NCBI GenBank assembly: GCA_020536535.1
Contig: JAHLWZ010000901.1
Location: 1-53,523 of the forward strand
Origin: Pelomyxa schiedti
Lineage: Eukaryota > Protista > Evosea
DNA length: 53,523 bases
Direction: 5' to 3'
Part shown: piece by piece, positions 34,372-48,132 of the stretch
Numbering within the stretch: the first letter of the stretch is position 1
Layout of the letters: the number at the start of each line of letters is the position of its first letter
Position numbers and translations under genes: made by a program
The notes under the pieces: model-generated
Databases searched by the model: none
What the model was told of the DNA's origin: nothing
The model's input: the letters and a program-made list of their open reading frames with translations, nothing else

Positions 34372-37355
34372 TCAGTCTCTGGAGGCTGACGATTTGGGTG
34401 TCGAGGAGGAGAAGGTTGGTAACAGCCGAGAGAAGCCGGTCTTGGGTTCTGGTGGGTGTGGTTTTTCGGGAGTGGCGCGGTCGGGAGGCGGCGGTGGTGG
34501 TGGTGCTCCTGTCCTCTTTTCAATGGCAATCAGGCGCTGCTCAAATTGGGCAAACCACAGCGGGGGCGTCTGCCGCAGATTTTCCATGTTGATGGTCAGG
34601 GAGTCTTGCTGAAACAGGGTTCTGAGAGAGTTGTACTTTGTGGTCTGGTCCAGTATTGATTTCTCCAGGATCTCGCTGTTTTGCTTGAGCTCCGCGAGCC
34701 TCTTCTCGATTGTGTCGGTTTTGAGCTGAACTTTGCCCGACGAGACCACGTTGGAATACGAAATGCGGTCGGCTTCTGCCCTCAACTGTTCGTTCTTCTC
34801 CCTGAGCGCGTTGTTCTCAGCCACGAGGGCCTGGTGAGCTTCAGATAGTTGAACCTGAGTAGCCTTCATCTGCTTCTCGTAGGCTTCCTGCACAATATAG
34901 GCTGCCTCACTTCTCTTCTGCTGCACTTCCAATTCTTGCTGGGATTGGGTGATCGTCTCGGCTAGCTCCTTGAGGGTGTTCATTTTTTGATTCACTTCGT
35001 CATCAAGATGCCTTTGTGTCTCCCGCAGATCGGATATCTGGGATTTTACTTCTGAGAGTTCCTTGTTGCGTAGCTGGACTACCACATCCATTTTTTCCAA
35101 GTCTAGTTTGATACGGGACTCTTCCTGATGCAGTTTTTTCACGGAATCATTATACTGGGTCTCTACAACCATTCTTTTTGCAATACGAGTTTCCAGTTCC
35201 TCCTTCTTGGTCTCTGCCTGTTGGATGGATTCCTTTTTTCCTTTGAGTGTAGCCTCCATATTTTCAAGCTCCCTTTTTTGTGCCGCAAGACGGAGGGTGT
35301 TGGTCTCTACTTCCGTTCTGAGTGAAGAGAGAGTGTTTTTCACATCTTTGAGAGTCTGCTCAACTCGTCTCCTCTCTTCGCATGCAGCTTCAAGCTTAGC
35401 AGTGCACGTTTGTTGCTCTTGCTTTGACTTCTCAATTTGCTGATTAATTTCTTGGACAGTCTGATTGGCAGCAGCTTGATTCCTATAGGCCACTTGCGCC
35501 TGTGTATTGTACTGTTTAATGTTGTCCAATGCACCTTGCTCCTGCACTTTCAGGTTTAATAAACGTTGAGTACATCTTTCATTGTCCTCCTGCAACGTTT
35601 TCTTTCTTGCAGCTGCATTACATTCGTCTTTCTGAATGGTCGACAGGCTCGACTTCACATTTTCGATATGCTTTTCTAGCTCTTGTATGTGACTTTTTTT
35701 CTCCTCCAAGGCATGTTCCACTTGAAGAAGGACTTGATGCTTTTCTCCCACTTTTGATGTTATCTCTGACAACTCCTTCTGTTTTTCGGCAAGTTGTGTG
35801 GAACATGAGGTAACTTCACTCAGTGTGCAAATTCTTGAGTTCTCTAGTTCCCCTCCTCTACTTCGCAATTCTTCATTCCGCTTTTGGAGCAATTCGTTCT
35901 CCCTTGTCAAGTCGCTGTTTCTTTGTTTTAACTCTTGATACGAACTTTTCAAAGAGACATTCGTTTTTTGTGCTTCATCATTCCGCGCAAGAAGTTCAGA
36001 CTCGTTTTTCTTTGCCTCTGCAAGTTTGAGTTGGCAGGTTTCATCTTCTCTCTGCTTAACTGCCATTAACTGCTGCAGCTTCTCAATAGATTCCTCGAGG
36101 TTCGTTGCAGTCTTGGAGAGATCAGTAAGTGTCCGTTGGTCTTCCTCATTTTTGTCTTGCAACTCCTTTTTCGCTGCTTCCAGTCTGGAAATTTCCTTCC
36201 GTAGCTGTTCTGTTTCGTTCCTTAGCTTCCCATTTATTGTTGTCAGTTGCATATTTTCGGAACTCCAAGTACCAGCACTCTTCTTGAGATCTCCCAATCT
36301 TGTTTGCCCTTCCTCAATTTTTTCTTGCAACTCCTTTTTCATTGTTTCCAGTTCGGATACTTCCTTCTGCAGTTGCTCTCTCTCACTGTGCAGCTTCTCG
36401 TTTATTGTTGTAAGTTGCTCATTTTCTGAAGTGAGAGTTCCGGTTCTTTGCCTTATGTCTGCCAGCTGTAACGAAAGGCTATTTATCTCTTCATCAAGTG
36501 ATTCTTTGCGTTTTGTTTTCTGAGCTGAAAGAGCTAGTTCAGCCTTTCGGAGTTCTTCAGTCCTTTTCTTTCTTTCTTTGACAACCTCTTTATGAATTTT
36601 GTCTGCTTGATCCAGCCGAAGTTCGATCATGGCACTGGAACTCGATTTCTCTTCAATATAGTCCCACAGAGGATTGAGAACTTGGGCAAGAAAATTCATT
36701 CTTGTTTCCTGCGGCAATGGTATTATAAATATTAATGGACTTCCCCTGAGTTTGTATTTTCTGAAGCAGGTTGTTATCTCCAAAATGTACATTAGGACTT
36801 AATCATAAATTAAATTTAAAGTAAATAAATGCAAAACGGCTGACACTCACGTGCAAAGATACTGAAGCCAGTCACTGAGTTCTTTTCCTCTCTGCAGTGG
36901 GTATTGACTATCTAGTTTAGGACTCAGTACTGAAAATAACAACCCAACAGAAACAAGCTTACCCAGTGCTCCCCCACACAATTCGCCGAATCTTCTTCTG
37001 CACCTAGGTGCCGTGCATTCCTATTGAACAATTACTTCCTCAATACAATACAACACAAAAAAAAAAAAACAACCACCCAACAACACGCGTGGATGAAAAT
37101 ATATGATAGCAGGCCCACCTGACCAACAACAACTGTCTCGGAAAGTGCTTGCATGAGCTTCTGTTTGAACCGCACACTGTGCGCAATTGGCACAGGATCG
37201 AATGTGCCAAGGTGGTCCACAGCCACTTTGCGCACAACACTCCCAACCACTTCCTCCAACGAATTCACTTCCTCCATCACTGGTTGTTCGGTCCCTCCCC
37301 CCTCTGAACAACTAGTACTACAACTGCCAGTTGAGTTTGTGTTGTTGGAATCCAT
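34372..37355 (-). CDS. Long coiled-coil protein
   Basis: 2.3-kb E/K/Q/L heptad-rich exon. Upstream exons from ATG 37355 can be joined in frame through GT-AG introns. Poly-Pro C-terminus. Confidence 0.85.
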
Positions 37356-37584
37356 AGTAATATTGCCAACCTTGAATACTTGGTCCTTGTGTTATTTTGT
37401 GGCGGGTCGGTATTGTTTTTTCTCTTTGAGTGGCTGACGACTTGGGCACACCACCTTAGGAAAACTAACTTGCGTACCAAATCCAATTTGCACCCAAGTG
37501 GGTGCACCGATGAATATGTTTAGCCTAAAAGGCACGTGGTGAAGGGCACAGCAACAACAACAAAAAAACTTGAGTTAATTTTGA

Positions 37585-40500
37585 ATGATGTCGTGCCTTG
37601 TGCCGTTTTCTGTGGCTATTCGTAGGGTCACCAGGCACCCACAATTCCACATTGGCGGTCCTGCAGCAGAGCCATTAATTCCAGCTCCGCAGTCGTTCCC
37701 ATCCACACCCCCCCATTGTCCTTCCATAGACTGCAATGATGGGACCCCTGCTTGTACTTCAACTGTTGTTATTCCGGCTCCTGAGCAGTGTAATGAAATC
37801 GATTCAGTCATTGAAAAGGCCTCACTTTCAGAAATGGCACGAGCAACTATTGATGATTTAGGTTTGGATTTTTGTTTGGTTCGCCGGGCCGGCTATTAAT
37901 AGTAATGTACCTTTTATTGGCAGATACAATGCCTCGTGAGGTGGTCGCAGAGTCAGTAGAGCGGAATTCCAGAGGTATAACAATGGTTAGAAGGGCACTC
38001 GATGAATACCGCAGTCAAATGCCACCTGCAGAACCGAGAAAGCTGACACGGACAAGCATCACTGTAAATGTATTGGAAGGGACTCAGGTTCCGGAAGATC
38101 AATTCATTGAGAGGAAAACTCCTCTGGAACTTCCGGAATTCGATTCACTCTGTGAGAGAATTAGACCTCCAGAAGTTAGAACTACTACCTCTACGTTGAA
38201 TGAATCTCACAATCGCGCAGCACGTCGCGATTGAGAGTGAAATAGGAAAGCTAGTTGATAGTACACACTCAAAAATCAGAGAAATAAAGGGCTCACTGCA
38301 GGGAACTAAGTTTGTGAGAGAAACAGAACAAGTTGATAAGATGCTGAGTATGCTCACCTCAGTATCGGAAGAGATAATGCCAGTAAAAAGAAACCTATTG
38401 TAATGTCCACTTACAACGGAGCTGTAGTTGGCACAGGTACCAGATATTCATAGAACCTTGGAGAAAACTCATCAAGAAAGAGTAGTACCAAAAGAAGAGC
38501 GAATGAAAGCTGCAAAAGAGGTATGGACCGGAATGGACGACAATAAGATATTGGATGATGAAGAAGCTGTATGGACATGGATTTTTGCTGAGGGAAACCT
38601 AATACATACAGTTCCATGAAGCTGACAAGAGTTACTTTGCAGCCTGGTACGACGTCGTAAATGACCGTTCAGAACTTGAAGACATTCACAAAAATGCTGA
38701 AGATAATTCTTTCTTTGAGTTTGTTGAGTATTTAAAAAAAAAACCTAATACAGTGGATTAGAAGAAGGAGCTGCTCTATTGAACATATGATCCACGAAAC
38801 ATCAACGGAAATAAGAGCATTAGATGTGGAGTCAGAAAGAGGAGATGCAGACCTCACGTATGTACAAGTATTTTTAACTGAGAGAATTAATGTCCCGAAA
38901 AGTTGCATTGATAATAGATGCGCGGAAATGGAACGTGAAATGCAAAGAAGTGTGAAGGAACTGAGTGAAAGAGAGGTTATCTTGAGGAATAAGTGCGAAA
39001 AGGGAAGAAGAACTGTAGAATACATAGAACTAATCATGGCCGAATATGCAGTTCTTCTCTTTCTCCTTGAGTTAATACTTAGTCTTAAAAGGAACTTCAC
39101 AGGCTACAAGTTGAAGAAAACAACAGGGATGTACAAGAAATCGAATTCATTTGTTCGGAAATAGAGCCTGACACTGGTACACTGGCCTTAGAAAAGAGAG
39201 CTAAATTAGAAGTTGCAGAAACTCGGAAAAAGCAGCTTCTGATGCTAGTAGCTTTGTGTTTCACAAGCGTCTGAGTAAAATTTCCCTAGACTGAAGATTG
39301 TTCTGTGAGAAAAACCTCTTGGAGTTCCGTGATGACAGTTATCAACAAGTTGGCAGAATGCCGAGAAGTAAATGACTACGTGATATCACAAGGAATATAT
39401 ATTGACGATAAAAAGATTTTGAGCAGACGGCGAGAGGACTATTATCTTGAACATCAGACGGAACTGCAAAAAATTCGAAACCAAATCATACAACTTTTGA
39501 CAGAACTCAGTATAGCTGTCCAATTATATGAGTACTTGTACTTACTCACTTTTTCAGCCATCAAGCAGTCTGAATGTAATCATCAGGTATTTGAAACCGC
39601 AAAAAGAAACCTGACTTGTTCTAGATAATGGAACTCACTAAAAAAATTATTGAAGAAGAGAGAAGGCAGAGAGTCCAAGTGAAGATAAAGCAGAAAATAA
39701 CCGATAGCGAGAAAGCAACTTTAGTAGCTTCCAAAGAAACTCTTGTACAGCTCAACATTCTTTTTGTTTTGCGGTTTGTCATCTGAGCACAATGTCCAGG
39801 GCCACCTGAAGATGTCAAACGACGACCTGACCCTCCAAATTGCAGCATTAGAGGAGGCACATGACAAGTGTGTGAGAGACGCTGTGAGAGGCGAACGTAT
39901 GCAATTCTGCCAGGGCACAGAGAATGAAACAGCACTACCAAAAGGCTCAATTGAAGTGCATACAAAATATGGCCCAGAAATTTGGCAAAATGCCCAAGAA
40001 GGTACTCACCTGCCACTCAACACGAAAACAAAAAAACCAAAAAATAAAAACCAAAACTGAGGCTCGTGTGCAGTGATGAGAAACATCTCGGCCGCGCGGT
40101 CATTACAGCTGATTGAGACAGAACTGGAGACTGAGAACCTGAAGATGGAGGAGAGACTCAAAGAGAGGGAGAGACTGAGGAAATTCTTACAGATGCCGGC
40201 CACAGGGGCTCCGCAGCGGCTTACAGCGGGGGACACGTAGCACGAAATCGAATTGTGGGTTGTATATGAATGCATAAAACATACAATTATCAAGATGGAG
40301 TGTTTTCTTAATGCTCTACACAGCCGCGGGTTGTCCAAGCAATTGGAGCCAGGTTTGGTAAAAAAAACCTGAATGAGTGCACATGAAAGTGGGAAAAAGT
40401 GCAGGAAATCACAGGAAAGGCGGGTCTCGGAAGACTGGTGGGTCGCTTGATCAAGCGAGGGAACCGAATGATTTTTCTGGGTATGGATTCTCTCAAGATA

Positions 40501-40756
40501 ATATCTAGAAGATCTAGAAGCGCTCTCGGCAATGTTGGTTGAGAAAAGTGATTTTTTGTTCCATCTGCAACATCGATGTCTCGCCAAAGCAGGCAATTTG
40601 GAATCTTGTTTCGTGCAACTGTTTATGCAATGTTCGTTTTCGCTTATTTTTTTGGACTGTGAGGCCTTCGAATTCCTAGCTTCGTTTCCATCTCCGGACA
40701 CGATGGATTTTCTAGAAGTGGATCGATTGCTCCAGAATGCTCTATTTTGCCCCTGA
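37585..40756 (+). CDS. Hypothetical multi-exon coiled-coil protein (3' end uncertain)
   Basis: A succession of E/K/R-rich exon ORFs on the + strand separated by short intron-like blocks. Confidence 0.5.
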
Positions 40757-41247
40757 GAAGAAACAACACGCCACCACAACCAAGGAGAAAAACCGAGATA
40801 AAAACCAAACAAAAAGAAGCAAAAACCGTGTTCAGTGAGTTGTTGTACTCATTAGCAAACAACTTTTGTTGTTATTTTCATAGCCTCACACATGTTCGTC
40901 TTCATTCATCGTTCTCCCTTTTTTTTCGGCTTTTTTTCTCCTACACTATTTATTGTCACTGCCATGGCCTTTGTCTGACTTGTGCTATTCAGGTTGTTCA
41001 AGCCTTTGGTTTTACAATCAACAGCATTCCAAGCGTCCACACAGGTTTGTCTTTTTCATTTTCTACTATTCTCCCTTCGCGTTTGTGTTATGCGAAGTGC
41101 TTCGCGTCTTATTGCATGGGACATAGTGATGTTTTTTTTTTTTTTTTTTTTTTTCTCAGTTGTTGAAGTAATAACCCTGACTAGGGATGCAACGGAAATT
41201 CACCAAGAACACCAGGAAATTCACCTCGAACACCAGGACTCAGCCCA

Positions 41248-43286
41248 ATGTCGGCCTCACCGCCGTCGAGTAGTTCTAGTAGCTCGTCCAACTTGGCATC
41301 AGTTCCTTCCTGCACAGTTGCTTCCATTTCCATGGGAATGACGTCACTATCACCACTGTGCCTTTCTTCACCGCCGCCGGCTTTACCGTCGGCTAGTTCC
41401 TCTCTAGAGACCTCTGATGCCAGCGGCGACGAGATGAACCCCAGAGCAAGTTTTGTGAAAAGGATAAAGTCCAATGATTTCATGGCTTCTCCTACCCGGC
41501 AGTTGCGCACAGACCCTTCTTATATCAACACCCAAGAAATGTTGATGAACTCGCCTCGTTCTCTTCAGAGGAATGTGAATATGCGCGATGTGGAGAGAGA
41601 TAATCCACAAAGCCACTTTCAGTCAACAGCACCACTTCCAGCATCATCACCACTCAATTCAAACAATCTTCTTCCCTCGGTGGCTGAACTACTCGCTGTG
41701 GCTGGGATTAACTCTGCTCCCCCGGCTCAGATACCGTTTTCGGCAGATCCTTTGTCAAATATAGATGCCATTTTGAATACCAAGAACAGAATTTTGCCTC
41801 CACTTCCTTCTGCACCCCCTACACGTGATGTGACCCGTAGCACTAGTCTTTCACCTCTATCTTCACCCGCTACTCACTATAATCTCTCCCCTCCTGAGGT
41901 ACAATATCACTTCCTTCATATCCCATCTTAATTCTTTGTAGGTTAAATCTGCCAGACAAAGGATAGATATTGTACCAAGTCATAACTACTACAACGGAAA
42001 TGAAGGGACTGACGGTAGCGACGAAGAGGACGAAGATGAAGCCGAAGCTGTCCTAACAAGCATGCAAACTCCAGGGAATCCTCAACCCACGTCCCCGCAA
42101 AGTCACCAAGAGTCACAACCTCCTTACCCACAACTACTACAACAAATTTCTCAGCCGAGATCTGTGAATTCATACCAACAAACTCCGTCACCAGAAGCTC
42201 CACAATCTCCTCAGAAGCGCGCCTATAGAAGGAGAGTCAAGAAAGATAATCCCAAGTACCCTAACACGTTTTTTCCTTTAACTCGAATCTTACCATTACA
42301 CAGTGGAAACTGCGTCATTGGCAGTGTTGTACCAAATGGAGAGTCTGGAGAAAAACCAATAGTCAAACGCCGACGCCGTCGTTATGACACACAACCCGTT
42401 GCTCCTGCTGATCAAAGCCTGGTGCCCGATTTTCCTCACGAAACATATGCTCAGTTGCATAGTGTGATAGCCTCACTTAAAGGAAATGGTCCGTATCGTA
42501 CATCATTCTCACTTCACTTTCACTTACTTGGGTTCATGTAGTTACCGTCCCAGAGCTGATATCCATCATCGCTTGGGCTGCTACAGTTCGGACAGCACCT
42601 CCGATTGTACGATTAAAAAGCGGAATCGTGAAACGCATGCATCCTAGCAGGTACCGTTGTATTTCAATCTCTTTCTGTGGCTCACCAAAGAACCCCAACT
42701 CAGGTGCTGCTACATATTCCGACAGTTACACTGGAAACCAGCCGAGAAGCAAACAAGCAATGAAACCATGGCTCAATGTAACTTTAACCAAACGCAGACG
42801 CACACACATTCCCCTCCTCCATCACAGCCCCAACAGCACCAAATGTGGCACGGCCCTACAATGACTGACCCCAGCATGAACTCTCCCCATAATACCGGAG
42901 TCATCCTAGGCGGAATCAGTAACTACAGTAGCACGCCGAGCCCCGTTGGCGTGTCTCATTCTGGTGCTAGTAGTACACCGCAATTACCCCAACGTAGTCA
43001 GCACCGTATTCCCATTCCCCAGCAAATGCAATTGCAGCAGCAACAACAACAGCAACAGCAACAGCAACAACACCACCAACAGCAGTCACAGCAACTGCAA
43101 CAGCAACTTTATCAATTACCGATCCAACTACAGCACCAATTGCAACAGCAATTGCAGCAGCTGCCGCAACACCCCACGGCGGCGTGGACCCAATCACTGC
43201 AGGAGCTGTTACTGCACCTACAAAACAGCACGGGGCCGCAACAGCACCAACCTACAGTAGGCACACTCTTACACCAGCAAGTGTAA
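41248..43286 (+). CDS. Ser/Pro-rich and poly-Gln protein with basic NLS-like motifs (putative nuclear regulator)
   Basis: Exon ORFs 41248-, 42062- and 42657-43286; KRAYRRRVKK, KRRRRR; poly-Q tract at ~43020-43170. Confidence 0.6.
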
Positions 43287-43499
43287 AGCCTCTTCTATCT
43301 CACTCACCCCCCCACACTCAAACATACAGACAACAAACAAATCACAACATTTGCCAGATATAATTCACCACACACAACCTCTCCTCACTCTTGTATTTGG
43401 TGTCAGGCATACACCACAACAAACGAAATTTTTGTTGTTCTTTTTTGCAATGTCCGATCCCGGTTTTCTATTTCTTGTCAATTTTTTTTCTTGGATGTG

Positions 43500-46400
43500 A
43501 TGGACGGGGCTAATGACAGCGGTGCGGGGGCCTGCGGAGACTCGAGATCCAGATCTCCTGTTGGCGGCAACTACATAGTGACGAGTGGGGCAACCGCGGA
43601 CTGTTTCACCACTACGACAACAACCGCTACGAGTTGCGCGACAAGTGGTAGCAGTGCCGCTGTTGTTGGCGGGTGCGGTTCTGATTGTGGGGGCAAAAGC
43701 GACGAGATAAGTGGTGGCGACGGCGCGCGTAGTGAGGCGACTAGAGTTGTTGTGCCCGACGAGAGAGAAGAAGAGGACGCGGGAGAAGTTGAGTACGAGG
43801 ATGACGAAGAGAATGAAAATGACGAAGAGGAAGGAGGAGTGATTGGCGGGCTGCGGGGAATGTGTGACCCCCAGCAAGTTGCAATGAAATTGTTACAACA
43901 GGTCTTTTTTTTTTTTTTTCCTTACAATGAAAGTTCTGAGTGACTATAGGTTGATGAAGACATGAAAAAACAAAGCCTAAGGAAAGAGAAACCTCGTGGG
44001 TCTACTGCTACTACCTCTACGGTGTGCATATTATTACCGAAACTATTCTGCCTGGACAACTTCTAATTATTTTCCAGAGAGAACCACCAAATAAGCGCAG
44101 TAGAATGCAGAAACCACCTCCTGTCTCCAGCTCTTCTGATTCTAATTCATGTAGTAGCACTGTGAGTGTATTTGGTGGGGCTAGCAGAGATGATGAATCA
44201 GAACGCGACATGCTCATTCGCACAGGAAAGCTCACCCCATTTGACAATCTTAGGGGAATGGAGCGCCCTACAGTTGCCCATAGCACAGCTGAGAACGTGC
44301 CATCACCTTCAATGGAGCCTGTTGAACAGCCTCCAGCTCCGTCAGTTCATAAGCCACATACTACGCGTAGAAAGTACAACACAAGATCATGTGCTATTGA
44401 ACAAGACAGTCCAAGTGACTCTGACAACAAGCCTGAGCCCGACTTGGGCGATTTAATGGGACAATTAATGTCAATTGATGACGGACGGGAAAGCATGTTT
44501 AAGAAAAGACAGGCTCTATGCAAGGAAGCAGGACTGCTTCTACCAAATAAACGCACCGATAAGGGATCCTCCAATGATGAAGATGAAGACCAAAGTTCTA
44601 AGCTCGACAACGATACTGAACCAGATGCAACAGAAGGTGACATTGAGTTTTCAGGCGGCTTGACAGTGCCTGGAAGCGTGTACAAGCAACTTTTTGACTA
44701 TCAACAAGTTGCTGTCAAGTGGCTATGGGAGTTGTACTGTATGAATGTAGGAGGAATCATTGGTGACGAAATGGTAAAGACTGTCCGCACTCTAACCTGC
44801 TAACTTTCTTTTCCACAGGGACTGGGAAAAACTATAGATATTATTAGTTTTGTTGCAGGCTTACATTATTCTGGCAAACTTACCGCCCCAGTTTTGGTTG
44901 CCTGCCCTGCTACTGTGGGTTTGTGCTCTATCCTAGCATTATGAAATTTGAGGGGTAGTATTTAAACCCAAGTTAGATTATGACTCAGTGGGTTGAGGAG
45001 TTTCATACTTGGTATCCAGCATTGCGGATAGTTGTTTTGCATGAATCTGGCACAGTTCCAACCTCCACTGGAGTAGCGCTTGCTGTGAAGCAGGCAACAC
45101 CTAGTGCAAAGAGAAAGGGGGCAGCGAAACGGGAGATGTCTGTTTTTATTACCACATATGAGTTTGTGCGTACCAATGTTGACATACTTGCTGGCTTGGG
45201 GTGGGGACTATTTGTATTGGATGAAGGACACAAAATACGAAACCCAGATGCTGCTGTCACATTGGCTTGCAAGAGATTCAAGGTTTGTTCTCCTCCTTTT
45301 GCCCTTTTATATTTATTAATTACATCCAGACTCCACATAGAGTTGTAATGACTGGAACACCTATACAAAATAATTTGACTGAGTTATGGTCATTGTTTGA
45401 TTTTATTTTCCCTGGAAAATTGGGGGTATCTTGTGTCACAAGACATAGGCAAACAAAATAAAGCAACTTTCAAAAGACACTCCCTGTATTTGAGACAAAT
45501 TTTATCGATCCAATAAATATTGGTGGATACGTTAATGCTTCGCAAGTGCATGTACCTGCCTTTCTCGAATAAAGAAGTCCTAAATGTACCCAAAGGTGCA
45601 AACAGCTTACAAATGTGCTGTGGCATTGCGTGACATTATAAGCCCTTATTTACTCCGCCGAGTAAAAGATGATGTCTTGAAGACTCTTCCCTCGAAAACG
45701 GAGCAGATTCTAATGTGCAAACTCACCCAAGAGCAGATAGGACTTTACACAACATTCCTAGAAAGCCCTGAAGTGAGTTCCATATGTTTCACTACTCCTA
45801 AATCCAGTTGCAGATGGAGTCTGTAAGAAATGGAAAAAGGAATCTCTTATTTGCTGTTGATATCCTAAGAAAAATTTGTAATCACCCAGATTTAATTTTG
45901 CACCCTCAGAAGGTAACAAAGAAATTGCATTAATTATTCTCATCAGTACCAAACCCAGTCTCTGCAAGGTCTTGATTGGGTACCAAGAGATACTGGAAAA
46001 AAAGAGATAAAGAAAGAAATAACTGGGGGTAAGCGAAATCGGGCCGAATTATGGCAAACCGCACGCTCTGGAAAACTGCATGTCGTTGAGCAGTTACTAA
46101 AATTGTGGCACTCACAGAAGCACAAAGTTTTAATATTTTGTCAGACAAGACAAATGTTGAATTTACTTGAACAGCATATTAAAACAATTGGTTTGTTATT
46201 TTCTCCTGTTACCAGTTAACGTTTTGTAGGATATAAATATGTCCGCCTGGATGGGGTAACGCCAATACACGCCCGATCCAATTTAATTACCAGTTTCAAC
46301 AATGACAAATCTCTGTTTCTTTTCATTTTAACAACAAAGGGTATGCAGTTGCTAATTGCTTGTAACAGTAATGACACAAAATAGTTGGGGGTATTGGTGT

Positions 46401-48105
46401 AAACCTGACTGGGGCTGATAGGGTCATTCTCTTTGACCCCGATTGGGTGCGGCTCTCATTTCCATTTTTTAATGTTTGTGACACAGAAATAGAACCCTTC
46501 TACGGATATACAAGCTCGAGATCGGGTGTTACGAATTGGACAAAAAAGAGCTGTTACAATTTACCGGCTCATCTGTGCTGGAACAATTGAAGAGAAGATC
46601 TATCACAGACAAGTCTTCAAAGAATTTCTGAGTAACAAAATTCTGAAAGATCCCTCTCAAAAAAGATTTTTCAAGGTTTATTTTTATTTCCTTTTACTAT
46701 TACTTGAAGTAACAACTCTCCCCAGGCACGGTTCCTGAAAGACTTATTCACATTTTCGGCGGACACTTTAGCAGATACAATTACTGAAACCTTCTCAATT
46801 TTTGGTCCTGATTGTAGTGCTACGGCATCTTCCGCTCCACGGTCCAGTACTCCTCTGCTGAACAACCTGCCTCCCAGTGATGATGCACGATCTACAGAGA
46901 GCGAGATTGTGGTCCAAACGGTTTCATCCCCAGGGTCGCCAACAGCACCCAATGTATCAAACACTACCACCACTAGCCAGCAATCTGTATGTAGGCAATC
47001 TCCTTGTGAACTGTAATTTAAATAATGAGTATACTGTAGGTCGAAGCAGAAGCACATCGTGAGGAAAATGATACAATTCTAAAAACATTATTGGAAACCG
47101 CCGGGATAAAAACTGCTCTTAGTCATGATTCTATTGTTGGAAATTCTGAAACTGAAAGCAGAATCATGACAGAAATACAGCTTGAAGGTACTCACAATCT
47201 GCCTTTTGACCTGTCTTACCATCTAGTAGCAACGCGCATTGCGCATCAAGCAATTGAATCATTGAAACAAAGCCGTGCAATACGGTCAACTGTTCCATAC
47301 TGTGTCCCAACCTGGACTGGAAAATCAGGACACACTAGTGGTAGTCGGATTCAGTTGACCCCTCCAACTGCCCATTCTTCACAATCCGCTTCAAGCACAC
47401 TTGGAAAACAAGTGCAAGCAACCCCCAAGTGCCTGGAACAATTACTTGATGACACTCCACCCAATGTACATGCACAAAGACTAGCACCTAAAACACCACA
47501 AATCCAAGTGCCCCAGCAAAGCCAACCTCCCCTCAATTCAACCCATAATGCTCTTCCAAGACCAACTTCACCTCCGCCAACTATGACTCACACAACGTGT
47601 ACAACATCCTCGACGTTCTCGGCACAACCCTTACCATCTGCCCAAGGACCAAAAAGATTCGGACGTGTACATGTTGGAGGGGGAGTAATGAGTTCAGCCA
47701 GCTTGCTCAGTCAAATAAACACGGACAAAAGGAGAGAAAGCCACATGGCCAACTCAGTTACAGCAGCAACAGCGGCTACCTTGAACAACGTTGCCATTTG
47801 CTCTGACCCCAAAGCTTGCAATGTTACCACTGTCAATGTAAATAGTGAGCTATCCAAGAAAATTACTGAGCAGCTGCATTACCACTTGCTTTGCAGCCCC
47901 AACAACACGTGCACAACGCAGCAAATTCTTGCCAAGGTAACCCCCCGACTAAGAATTCCATTTCTCATACAGTTGCTTTTTCATACAGTTTGCAGCCCAA
48001 ACCAAAGGCCAAAGTTCATCCGAACTTTTCCGCGCAATATTGCAGCAGTTAGCCACCTTTGACCCCGCAACAAAAACCTGGACTCTAAAGAAGTCATTGA
48101 TGTAA
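43500..48105 (+). CDS. ERCC6: SNF2-family ATPase CSB/ERCC6/RAD26
   Basis: [91 protein letters not shown]-type [24 protein letters not shown] and a C-terminal winged-helix ([10 protein letters not shown]...WTLK). Confidence 0.96.
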
Positions 48106-48132
48106 ACAAAAAGTGCTGCTTTCTTTTTCTTT

